Position numbers and translations under genes: made by a program. Positions 20,001-27,551 of a stretch of 64,000 bases of DNA are shown one piece after another. Position 1 is the first letter of the stretch, and each line of letters begins with the position of its first letter. Source of the DNA: Candidatus Latescibacterota bacterium (GTDB lineage: Bacteria; Latescibacterota; UBA2968); assembly GCA_965204745.1 (NCBI GenBank), contig OZ242010.1:5280001-5344000 (forward strand), written 5' to 3'. The notes under the pieces are model-generated. The model was not told where the DNA came from, did no database searches, and was given only the letters and a program-made list of their open reading frames with translations.

Positions 20001-21443
20001 CTTTAGTCTGCCCACCAAACCGCCGGCCCCGTCATGAATCCGCCCTCCGGAGACCTCAGCATTGGCATAGCTGGCCGCGATGACGGTATTATTACCGTTT
20101 GATTCACCCGCTAAACCGCCCACATCGTGACCAGTACCCTCAACGCGACCCGTGACATAACAGCCCAGGATGCGACCACCCACCTGATTACCGACCAACC
20201 CACCCACTTGATTTCTGCCTCTTACATTGACACTTTTCAGCCCCAGACCGGAAATGTTGCCGCTGACACGGCCGAACAGCCCAACATCATCCTGACCACG
20301 GTTGATGTGCAGGTTGGAGATGGTCTTGTTATTGCCCTTGAACGTGGTTGAGTAGGTGCCTCCGATGGGCGACCAGTTGGGGTAGGTGTCGGCAGAGGTG
20401 ACGCTCCCGCTCCCGTCGGTGTCGAAATTTAGGTTGTTGAGCAGTTCGTAGCCGGTGCATGTCCCGGAAGGACAACCCATCCGGACGTTGCTGGTGGTGT
20501 CGCGGTTGGGAAAGGCGGCGTTGTAGTTCGTGATATCACTATCGGCGACGATCCCATCGCCGTTGAGATCCCAGCGGATGGCATGCAGTTGCGCCAGCGT
20601 CTCAATGTCGATGAGGCTATCGCCATCGCTGTCGTAATTGAACCCTTGGGGCGTGCCCATGACCTCGTCCGAGGGCGTGCTATCCATCCCACCTGCCAGG
20701 GTAGCAAGGACGCGCACGGTGTAGGTCGTGCCAAAAGTCAGGTTCTCTATCGTATAGGTCGTGGTGCTCCCTCCAGAGACCGTCTCCTGGCGAGAAGAGG
20801 TGTTGTAGGTCTGTTGTCCGGACTTCCACTGCACCTTGTATCCCGTCGCACCGGTTGCCTCGGTCCAAGCCACAATGAGTTGGACCGGCCCCGGCGTCAC
20901 GCGCACATTGGTGGGTTTGGTTGTCGCCGAGGTCACCATGACTTCCTCCGAGGGGGCACTGTCGGCTAAATTGATATTGGTACTCGTGGCGATGACGCGA
21001 ATCGTGTAGGTCGTCCCTGCGGTCGGCCCAGAAATTTTGTAGGTCGTGGTGCGCCCGTCAGAGATTGTGGCTTGCCCGTGCGTGGCGGCCTGAGAATCGG
21101 AGGTGGGATAAGTCGTTGCCCCGGATTTCCACTGCACCTTATACCCGGTGGCATCGTCCACCACATTCCAAGTCACGGTCAGCGTGTCCACCTTCGCCGC
21201 CACCATCACAGCCGGACTGCCCAGCAAGGCGAGAACGCCGGTCTGCTCTGCCGAGGGTGTGCTATCGGGCGCACCGGTCTTGGTGGCAATGACACGCACT
21301 GTGTAGGTCGTCTCGCCGAGCAAGTTGGGGATCTTGTAGCGCGTCCCCGTGACGATCCCCTGACGCGAGGCGGCGTAGCTCTGATCGCCGGATTTCCACT
21401 GCACCTTGTACCCCGTCGCATAACTCGACGCACGCCAACGCAC
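14070..21443 (-). CDS. Giant surface protein/adhesin, 3' part after the frameshift: FN3 repeats, 3 GLUG-type beta-helix modules, Ig-like, 2 Calx-beta, 2 dockerin-like repeats
   Basis: Continues mid-FN3 from the upstream ORF. ATGYKVQWKSG FN3 units, GGLVG-rich modules, GTATSGTDY..LTAGTLTF Calx-beta, LDVDGDG.VRLFSDIIL.IRY x2. Confidence 0.9.
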   Translation of the reverse strand: MRWRASSYATGYKVQWKSGDQSYAASRQGIVTGTRYKIPNLLGETTYTVRVIATKTGAPDSTPSAEQTGVLALLGSPAVMVAAKVDTLTVTWNVVDDATGYKVQWKSGATTYPTSDSQAATHGQATISDGRTTTYKISGPTAGTTYTIRVIATSTNINLADSAPSEEVMVTSATTKPTNVRVTPGPVQLIVAWTEATGATGYKVQWKSGQQTYNTSSRQETVSGGSTTTYTIENLTFGTTYTVRVLATLAGGMDSTPSDEVMGTPQGFNYDSDGDSLIDIETLAQLHAIRWDLNGDGIVADSDITNYNAAFPNRDTTSNVRMGCPSGTCTGYELLNNLNFDTDGSGSVTSADTYPNWSPIGGTYSTTFKGNNKTISNLHINRGQDDVGLFGRVSGNISGLGLKSVNVRGRNQVGGLVGNQVGGRILGCYVTGRVEGTGHDVGGLAGESNGNNTVIAASYANAEVSGGRIHDGAGGLVGRLKATVIASYAIGPVTGNFRVGGLVGRLDISPSSVSTSYATGTVTGRRHDSSQLGGLIGFAQSGVSHSYWDRESSGRSSSARGTSQTTSALRSETDYNGIYANWNVDVDGRPGSDNPWTFGAADQYPVLKYAGMDTTAQFAMQPPGIPTSVTVTVQRDTLDVRWTAPSNATGYKVQWKAGAQNYAVSREAITTDTRYKIANLIGGTTYTVRVIATKTGVRDGRPSAEQTGVPLLGSPTGVEVNAKVDTLTVTWNAANGATGYKVQWKSGSETYSAADEESATHGQATISGGRTTIHKISGLTPGTTYAIRVIATRTNVADSAPSEEVITLLTLGSPTGVEVSAKVDTLTVTWNAVPLATGYKVQWKSGSETYPAADEESATHGQATIAGGRTTIHKISGLTPGTTYAIRVIATHTTTAGNSAPSEEVMVTSATTKPTNVRVTPGPGQLIVAWTEATGATGYKIQWKSGVQSYNTSDRQTTVSGMSTTTHTIENLTFGTTYTVRVTATLAGGTDSTPSDEVMGTPQAINYDSDGDGLIDIKTLAQLHAIRWDLNGDGVVADNDTMTYNAAFPNRVTTSSGRMGCPSGTCTGYELLNNLDFDENGDGEITQADATYWNNGDGWLPIGTDAARYTGDFKGNGYTIDNLTINRPSVVEVGLFGNVDTASRIESVGITNASVAGGEYAGALVGALRGTVVACYSTGNISATTRTAGGLVGWTPNAITSSYSTASVSGPEHVGGLLGASQGGTVTNSYSTGVVTRSSGTLTTIGGLIGSGTGGTASYWDTQTSGCTSGGSNGCTTSAGGSGVTGLTTSALISPTTYGATSNDTYYGWNANLDGQPGNDDPWTFGAANQYPVLKYAGMDTTVQYNLQPPGIPTSVTVTPKADTLDVRWTAASYATGYKVQWKAGAQSYAASRQGIVTGTRYKIPNLLAETTYTVRVIATKTGAPDGMPSAEQTGVPALLGSPAVMVAAKVDTLTVTWNAVNDATGYKVQWKSGVATYPTADLALATHGQATIAGGSTTIHKISGLTAGTTYTIRVIATSTNINVADSAPSDAVMVTLATNKPTNVRVTPGPGQLIVAWTEATGATGYKVQWKSGGQSYNTSSRQETVSGGSTTTYTIENLTIGTPYTVRVLATLAGGTDSTPSDEVMGTPPGINYDRDGDGLIDIKTLAQLHAIRWDLNGDGIVADSDTMNYNAAFPNRDTTSNVRMGCPSGTCTGYELLNNLNFDENGDDEITSADATYWNGSAGWQPLGTYTGTLKGNNKTISNLYINRGGQNDVGLFRDITGTVSGLGLRNVDVRGNLAVGGLTGNQRGGAITGCYVTGRVRGSGSYGLGGLVGHSHTGANRRISASYSVAAVTALGSGANFWVGGLVGWQNGGTIIASYATGAVTVTGSGTKGGLVGRLESSGEVTASYATGQVTGDGTKGGLVGSTSGTVTNSYWDSDRSGIAGGKTTRDLQSPSTYGATNSDTYYNWNLNVDSDTNTGDAVGKDDPWTFGAADQYPVLKYAGMDTTVQFQLQPAVVTLTLTPSSISESGGMSTVTATLTRSWSTATTITVRPVTGAYTVGMDSTITIAAGQTANASDTVVITAVDNTRDELNRDVTVSVVSANAQGSVVLPTAITITDDDPQPRLSISSPSAVEGTALTFTVRLNAVSGKEVTVAYADAGTGTATSGTDYSTLTAGTLTFAAGTTSQTIAVSVSDDGDDEPNETVIVTLSSATNATISTAQGTGTIIDDDGMPALSIGSPSVIEGATGATLTFRVYLRPAHTAQVTVGYADAGTGTATSGTDYTALTAGTLTFTVGDTIQTIPVSVTDDSDDEQNETVIVTLSSATNATISTAQGTGTIIDDETSSANLDVDGDGRVRLFSDIILVIRYVLFFREEALLRGNVIEPTATRTTAQEIEPYLDTLVNQNILDVDGDGDVRLFSDIILIIRYVLFFRNEALLRGNVIEQNATRTTAQAIEPYIRSLYPDSHFQ

Positions 21444-24400
21444 ATCCTAAGGTGTCCACTTTTGGCGTTACGGTCACACTTGTCGGAATGCCCGGCGGTT
21501 GCAAGTTATACTGCACGGTGGTGTCCATGCCGGCATATTTCAACACGGGATATTGATCTGTCTTGCCAAAGGTCCACGGCTCGTCGTTGCCGGGTTGTCC
21601 GTCGAGGTTGGCGTTCCAAGTGGAGAAGATGAGGGTGTAGCCGGTGGGGGATTGGAGCGCGCTGGTCGTCTGGCCGGTAACGCCGCTACCGCCGGCGCTG
21701 GTTGTGCAACCGTTGCTACCGCCGGATGTACAGCCGCTGGTTTGGGTGTCCCAGTAGCTTGCGGTGCCGCCCGTGCCGGAGCCTATCAACCCGCCGACGA
21801 GTGGAGAACTGCCGGTGCCGATAACCGTGCCGATGGAGTAGGAGTTCGTTACGGTGCCGCCTTGGCTTGCTCCCAGCAGTCCGCCGACGTGCTCAGGGCC
21901 GCTGACGGATGCGGTGGAGTAGCTTGAGGTAATCGCGTTGGGCGTCCATCCGACCAGTCCGCCGGCGGTCCTAGTCGTCGCCGAAACGCTGCCGGTGGAG
22001 TAGCAGGCGACGACTGTGCCGCGCAGGGCACCGACCAGAGCGCCGGCATATTCGCCTCCCGCAACACTGGCGTTGGTTATGCCGACGGACTCGATGCGGG
22101 AGGCGGTGTCGGCATTGCCGAATAATCCCACTTCAACGACGGCGGGTCGGTTGATGGTCAGGTTGTCGATAGTGTAGCCGTTGCCCTTGAAATCGCCGGT
22201 GTATCTGGCGGCGTTTGTGCCGATGGGTAGCCAGCCGTCGCCGTTGTTCCAGTAGGTGGCGTCTGCTGAAGTGATTTCGCCGTCGCCATTCTCGTCAAAG
22301 TCGAGGTTGTTGAGCAGTTCGTAGCCGGTGCAGGTCCCGGAAGGGCAACCCATCCGGACGTTGCTGGTGATGTCTCGGTTGGGAAAGGCGGCGTTGTAGG
22401 CGGTCGTATCGCTGGTTGAGGCACTTGCGTCTATGGCACCATCGCCGTTGAGATCCCAGCGGATGGCATGCAGTTGCGCCAGCGTCTCAATGTCGATGAG
22501 GCCATCGCCATCGCCATCGTAATCGATCCCTTGGGGCGTGCCCATGACCTCGTCCGAAGGCGTGCTATCGGTCCCACCTGCCAGGGTAGCAGTGACGCGC
22601 ACCGTGTAGGTCGTGCCAAAAGTCAGGTTCTCTATCGTGTAGGTCGTGGTGCTTCCTCCAGAGACCGTCTCCTGGCGATCAGATGTGTTGTATGCCTGTT
22701 GCCCGGACTTCCACTGTATCTTGTATCCCGTCGCGCCAGTTGCCTCGGTCCAAGCCACAAGGAGTTGGAAATGCCCCGGCGTCACGCGCACATTGGTGGG
22801 CTTGTTTGTCGCCGCAGTTACCATGACTTCCTCCGAAGGGTCACTGTCGGCGATATTGAGATTGGTACTCGTGGCGATGACGCGAATCGTGTAAGTCGTC
22901 CCTGCGGTCACATTGGAGATTTTGTAGGTCGTGGTGCTCCCGCCTGCGATGGTGGCTTGCCCGTGCGTGGCGGCGGACGTCAGATCGGAGGTGGGATAAG
23001 TCGCTACCCCGGATTTCCACTGCACCCTATACCCGGTTGCGTTGGACACCGCATTCCAAGTCACGGTCAGCGTGTCCACCTTCGCACTCGCCATCACAGG
23101 CGGACTGTCCAGCGTGGACACGATAAAGATGGATTGCTCTGCTGAGGGTGTGCCATCGCGGGCACCGGTCTTGGTGGCAATGACACGCACTGTGTAGGTC
23201 GTCCCAAACGTCAAGTTGGGAATCTTGTGGCGCGTCCCCGTGGTGGTGGCCTCACGCGAGGCGGTATCGTAGCTCTGCGTGCCGGATTTCCACTGCACCT
23301 TGTACCCCGTCGCATAACTCGCCGCAGTCCAACGCACGTCCAAGGTGTCCGCTTTTTGCGTTACTGTCACACTTGTCGGAATGCCCGGCGGTTGCATTGC
23401 AAATTGCGCGGTGGTGTCCATGCCGGCATACTTCAAGACCGGATACTGATCCGTCTTGCCAAAGGTCCACGGATCATCGCCGCCCGGTTGCCTGTCCAGG
23501 TTCAGGTCCCAATTCATTATGTAGATGCCGGTATAACCCGTGGGGCCTTGGAGACCGGCGGTGGTCTGGGGAGCACCGCGTCCGGTGTCGCTACGTTTAG
23601 AGGTGGTACTATCGTAGTAGCTATGGGTAATTGTTGAACTACTGTTGAGACCGACCAGGCCACCAACCTGTGAAGGAGCACTGACCGGGCCGATGGCATA
23701 GCTACCGGTTATCGTGCTGGAATAGAAGTTGGCACCGACCAGGCCACCGGTTCTATAGTTGCCGCTGACTACGCCGGTGGCATAGCTGGCGCGTATGATG
23801 GCCTTCGGGCTACCAAAGTTGCCGTGGAAGCCCACCAGGCCGCCGACGTAAGTAGTGCCGCTGACTGCGCCGGTAGCATAGCTAGCGGTTATCGTGCCGC
23901 GACTCCAGCCCACCAAGCCGCCGATGCTTATATTAGACCCAGTGACGTCCACCTCGGAACGACAGGCGGTAATGGTCGAGCTACCGTGCCGCAGCCAGCC
24001 CACCAAGCCGCCGCTTCGTGCATACCCGCTGACCTGTCCGGTAACGCGGATGTGCATGAGATGGAGCCTGTTGCCTTCGCCAACAAGGACTGCGGTTTCA
24101 GAATTGCCGGTCACATTGGCGTTCACCAGGCTCAAATTGCGGATCGTACCGTCCGCGGCAAAGCCGAACAGCCCGATGTCGTCGGCAGAGCGGTTGATAA
24201 ACAGGTTGGAGATGGTATAGTCGTTGCCGTGGAAGGTGCCGGTGTATTTCGTCGCACTGTTGCCGATGGGCGCCCAGCCTGCGCCGCTGTTCCAGTAGGT
24301 GGCGTCTGCTACGGTGATTTCGTTGTCGTTGTTCTCGTCGAAGTTGAGGTTGTTGAGCAGTTCGTAGCCGGTGCAGGTTCCGGAAGGGCAACCCATCCGG

Positions 24401-26520
24401 CCGCTACTGGTGGTAACGCGGTTGGGAAAGGCGGCGTTGTAGTTCATGGTATCATTATCGGCGACGACCCCATCGCCGTTGAGATCCCAGCGGATGGCAT
24501 GCAGTTGCGCCAGCGTCTTAATGTCGATGAGGCCATCGCCATCGCTGTCGTAATTGATCGCGTAGGGCGTGCCCATGACCTCGTCCGAGGGCGTGCTATC
24601 GGTCCCACCTGCCAGGGTAGCAGTGACGCGCACCGTGTAGGTCGTGCCAAAAGTCAGGTTCTCTATCGTGTAGGTCGTGGTGCTTCCTCCAGAGACCGTC
24701 TCCTGGCGATCAGATGTGTTGTAGCTTTGTCCACCGGACCTCCACTGCACCTTGTATCCCGTCGCGCCGGTTGCCTCGGTCCAAGCCACAATGAGTTGGG
24801 CCGGCCCCGGCGTCACGCGCACATTGGTGGGTCTGGTGGTCGCCAAGGTCACCATGACTGCGTCCGAGGGGACACTGTCGGCTAAATTGATATTGGTACT
24901 CGTGGCGATGACGCGAATCGTGTAGGTCGTCCCTGTGGTCAGCCCAGAAATTTTGTGGATCGTGGTGCCCCCGCCAGCGATGGTGGCTTGCCCGTGCGTG
25001 GCGGACTGCTCATCGGAGGTGGGATAAGTCGCTACCCCGGATTTCCACTGTACCTTATACCCGGTTGCGTTGGACACCACATTCCAAGTCACGGTCAGCG
25101 TGTCCACCTTCGCCGCCACCATCACAGCCGGACTGCCCAGCAAGGCGGGAACGCCGGTCTGCTCTGCCGAGGGTGTGCCATCGGGCGCACCGGTCTTGGT
25201 GGCAATGACACGCACTGTGTAGGTCGTCTCGCCGAGCAAGTTGGCGATCTTGTAGCGCGTCCCTGTGACGGTCTCCTCACGCGAGGCGGCGTAGCTCTGA
25301 TCGCCGGATTTCCACTGCACCTTGTACCCTGTCGCATAACTCGCCGCAGTCCAACGCACGTCCAAGGTGTCCGCTTTTGGCGTCACGGTCACACTGGTCG
25401 GCCTGCCCGGCGGTTGCAAGTTATACTGCACGGTGGTGTCCATGCCGGCATATTTCAAGACCGGATACTGATCCGCCGCGCCAAAGGTCCACGGATCATC
25501 GTCGCCGGGTTGTCCGTCGATGTTGGCGTTCCAGGTGGAGAAGATGAGGGTGTAGTCGGTGGGGGATTGGAGCGCGCTGGTCGTCTGGCCGGTAACGCCG
25601 CTACCGCCGGCGCTGGTTGTGCAACCGTTGGTGCCGCCGGATGTACAGCCGCTGGTTTGGGTGTCCCAGTAGCTTGCGGTGCCGCCCGTGCCGGAGCCTA
25701 TCAACCCGCCGATGAGTGGAGAACTGCCGGTGCCGATAACCGTGCCGATGGAGTAGGAGTTCGTTACGGAGCCGCCTTGGCTTGCTCCCAGCAGTCCGCC
25801 GACGTGCTCAGGGCCGCTGACAGATGCGGTGGAGTAGCTTGAGGTAATCGCGTTGGGCGTCCATCCGACCAGTCCACCGGCGACCCTAGTCGTCGCCGAA
25901 ACGTTGCCGGTGGAGTAGCAGGCGACGACTGTGCCGCGCAGGGCGCCGACCAGAGCGCCGGCATATCCGCTTCCTGCAACACTGGCGTTGGTTACGCCGA
26001 CGGACTCGATGCGGGAGGCGGTGTCAGTGGTGCCGAATAATCCCACTCCAGAGACGGCGGGGCGGTTGATGGTCAGGTTGTCGATAGTGTAGCCGTTGCC
26101 CTTGAAATCGCCGGTGTATCTGGCGGCGTCTGTGCCGATGGGGACCCAGCCGTCGCCGTCGTTCCAGTAGGTGGCGTCTGCTGAGGTGATTTCGCCATCG
26201 CTGTTCTCGTCAAAGTTGAGGTTGTTGAGCAGTTCGTAGCCGGTGCAGGTCCCGGAAGGGCAACCCATCCGGCCGCTACTGGTGGTGACGCGGTTGGGAA
26301 AGGCGGCGTTGTAGGCGGTCGTATCGCTGGTCGTGGCACTTGCGTCTATGGCACCATCGCCGTTGAGATCCCAGCGCATGGCATTGAGCTGGGCGAGGTT
26401 GGCTACATCAATGTAGCCGTCGTTGTTCATGTCGTAGTCGGTTTGGGCAAAAGCCGGCCCCGATGCCACCAGCATGGCCAGCGCGACCAGGGCCAACAAG
26501 TGAGCGTAGCGGGGCATCAT
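21262..26520 (-). CDS. Giant surface protein/adhesin, 5' part: signal peptide, 3 GLUG-type modules, 6 FN3. Leaves frame at ~21448; joined product would be 4149 aa
   Basis: MMPRYAHLLALVALAMLVASGPAFA signal peptide at 26520. One extra base at ~21448 relative to sister repeats. Confidence 0.9.
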   Translation of the reverse strand: MMPRYAHLLALVALAMLVASGPAFAQTDYDMNNDGYIDVANLAQLNAMRWDLNGDGAIDASATTSDTTAYNAAFPNRVTTSSGRMGCPSGTCTGYELLNNLNFDENSDGEITSADATYWNDGDGWVPIGTDAARYTGDFKGNGYTIDNLTINRPAVSGVGLFGTTDTASRIESVGVTNASVAGSGYAGALVGALRGTVVACYSTGNVSATTRVAGGLVGWTPNAITSSYSTASVSGPEHVGGLLGASQGGSVTNSYSIGTVIGTGSSPLIGGLIGSGTGGTASYWDTQTSGCTSGGTNGCTTSAGGSGVTGQTTSALQSPTDYTLIFSTWNANIDGQPGDDDPWTFGAADQYPVLKYAGMDTTVQYNLQPPGRPTSVTVTPKADTLDVRWTAASYATGYKVQWKSGDQSYAASREETVTGTRYKIANLLGETTYTVRVIATKTGAPDGTPSAEQTGVPALLGSPAVMVAAKVDTLTVTWNVVSNATGYKVQWKSGVATYPTSDEQSATHGQATIAGGGTTIHKISGLTTGTTYTIRVIATSTNINLADSVPSDAVMVTLATTRPTNVRVTPGPAQLIVAWTEATGATGYKVQWRSGGQSYNTSDRQETVSGGSTTTYTIENLTFGTTYTVRVTATLAGGTDSTPSDEVMGTPYAINYDSDGDGLIDIKTLAQLHAIRWDLNGDGVVADNDTMNYNAAFPNRVTTSSGRMGCPSGTCTGYELLNNLNFDENNDNEITVADATYWNSGAGWAPIGNSATKYTGTFHGNDYTISNLFINRSADDIGLFGFAADGTIRNLSLVNANVTGNSETAVLVGEGNRLHLMHIRVTGQVSGYARSGGLVGWLRHGSSTITACRSEVDVTGSNISIGGLVGWSRGTITASYATGAVSGTTYVGGLVGFHGNFGSPKAIIRASYATGVVSGNYRTGGLVGANFYSSTITGSYAIGPVSAPSQVGGLVGLNSSSTITHSYYDSTTSKRSDTGRGAPQTTAGLQGPTGYTGIYIMNWDLNLDRQPGGDDPWTFGKTDQYPVLKYAGMDTTAQFAMQPPGIPTSVTVTQKADTLDVRWTAASYATGYKVQWKSGTQSYDTASREATTTGTRHKIPNLTFGTTYTVRVIATKTGARDGTPSAEQSIFIVSTLDSPPVMASAKVDTLTVTWNAVSNATGYRVQWKSGVATYPTSDLTSAATHGQATIAGGSTTTYKISNVTAGTTYTIRVIATSTNLNIADSDPSEEVMVTAATNKPTNVRVTPGHFQLLVAWTEATGATGYKIQWKSGQQAYNTSDRQETVSGGSTTTYTIENLTFGTTYTVRVTATLAGGTDSTPSDEVMGTPQGIDYDGDGDGLIDIETLAQLHAIRWDLNGDGAIDASASTSDTTAYNAAFPNRDITSNVRMGCPSGTCTGYELLNNLDFDENGDGEITSADATYWNNGDGWLPIGTNAARYTGDFKGNGYTIDNLTINRPAVVEVGLFGNADTASRIESVGITNASVAGGEYAGALVGALRGTVVACYSTGSVSATTRTAGGLVGWTPNAITSSYSTASVSGPEHVGGLLGASQGGTVTNSYSIGTVIGTGSSPLVGGLIGSGTGGTASYWDTQTSGCTSGGSNGCTTSAGGSGVTGQTTSALQSPTGYTLIFSTWNANLDGQPGNDEPWTFGKTDQYPVLKYAGMDTTVQYNLQPPGIPTSVTVTPKVDTLGCALACVELCDGVQGAVEIRRSELRRLASGDRHGDALQDPQLARRDDLHSACHCHQDRCAR

Positions 26521-26714
26521 TTTGTCCCCCTCTCGAGGGGGGGGGGGGGGGGGTACACTGTACTGATCATCGTAACAGGCTGTTTTGCAATAAAATAGAA
26601 CCGCACTCCAAGACGAGGATGGGCGATATGAACGCCACTTTTCGCGGTGGGACAGGCTGGAAAAACATAGCGCCAAATGAGGTTCAAACAGCGGCTGAAA
26701 ATGGCGGTGATCAT
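26517..26714 (-). CDS. Upstream ORF (65 aa) with strong SD, crossing a C17 tract and ending in an ATGA overlap with the adhesin start
   Basis: AAGGAGG 6 nt before ATG 26714. Ends YPPPPPLERGTK-TGA with the stop at 26519-26517. Confidence 0.5.
   Translation of the reverse strand: MITAIFSRCLNLIWRYVFPACPTAKSGVHIAHPRLGVRFYFIAKQPVTMISTVYPPPPPLERGTK
26537..26553. repeat. G17/C17 homopolymer tract 16 nt upstream of the adhesin start codon
   Basis: Counted directly from the sequence. Confidence 0.9.
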
Positions 26715-26796
26715 CTGAAGCCTCCTTTGCAAAGCTGTCGCACAGACCGGGTGCGACTTTTTCTTCGCGTTCAAAATCGCAATGGTGAACGGGAAA

Positions 26797-26826
26797 AATA
26801 TAGGGAATCGCGCTCTTGTTTGTCAA
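26797..26826 (-). promoter_or_regulatory. Sigma-70-type promoter for the uORF and adhesin
   Basis: TTGACA-18 bp-TATATT on the minus strand. Confidence 0.55.
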
Positions 26827-26849
26827 GCGGTAAAATGACGATGGGAATT

Positions 26850-27262
26850 GGGACCTACCCCCTGGCCCCCTTCCTAAGAGGAAGGGGGAATGGCGAGAGG
26901 TTGTGCGAGGGATTGTGTGTAAGGGTTTTTGGATTTTCATGGCGTGATCCATTCGCCCAAAGCCATCAAAACAGCCCTGGATGCAAACCTTCAAGAAAGC
27001 CATGCGCTCCCCCTTTCCTTGTAGGAAAGGGGGCCGGGGGGATAGGTCCTGCGATGAAGGGGGAATGGCGAAAGGTTTTGCGAGGGATTGCGCGAGGGGG
27101 GTTTGGGGTTCTATGGCGTGATCCATTCGCCCAAAGCCATCAAAACAGCCCTGGATGCAAACCTTTAAGAAAGCCATGCGCTCCCCCTTTCCGCGTAGGC
27201 ACAGGCGTAGCCTACAATGAGCGAAGCGAATAACGGGGGCCGGGGGGATAGGGCTATGGCGA
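26850..27262. repeat. Tandem ~175-bp composite repeats (REP palindromes plus conserved ~80-bp core); third copy at ~32330-32510
   Basis: atggcgtgatccattcgcccaaagccatcaaaacagccctggatgcaaacct..aagaaagccatgcgctccccctttcc at ~26939, ~27113 and ~32361. Confidence 0.9.
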
Positions 27263-27500
27263 CAGGGCGTGCGAAGGACACAGCGGAGTGGGAACGATGA
27301 AGCGGTGGTGGGGCGGTGGGTGGATCTCGCCTCTTACTTCTTGCCTCTTACTTGGGGATAGGGCTTGCGGTAGGGTGGTGTGGGGTAATCCGCGCAATCT
27401 GCGTAATCCGTTTAATCCGCGATTCAGACACGGCGGGGCGGATGGACAAGCACAGGGCATCGCCCCTACACACACTGCTCGTTTTTTGTGTTTTTGTGCC

Positions 27501-27551
27501 TTTGAACTGGCTGTTGCCAGTTGTACCCCGCTCGTGGCTAAACTTCCATCT
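27501..27551. repeat. ~51-bp dispersed repeat with internal hairpin; inverted copy at 43248-43298 plus a partial copy at 43301-43328
   Basis: tttgaactggctgttgccagttgtaccccgctcgtggctaaacttccatct matches the reverse complement of 43248-43298 with 2 mismatches. Confidence 0.85.

Noticed and set aside
14070-26520. Diversity-generating retroelement behind the module variation
   Set aside because: No reverse transcriptase in the window, and the differences are not adenine-specific.
26521-27177. 219-aa N-terminal extension of the 1971-aa ORF
   Set aside because: It is translated REP/composite repeats, promoter and leader; the signal peptide begins at 26520.
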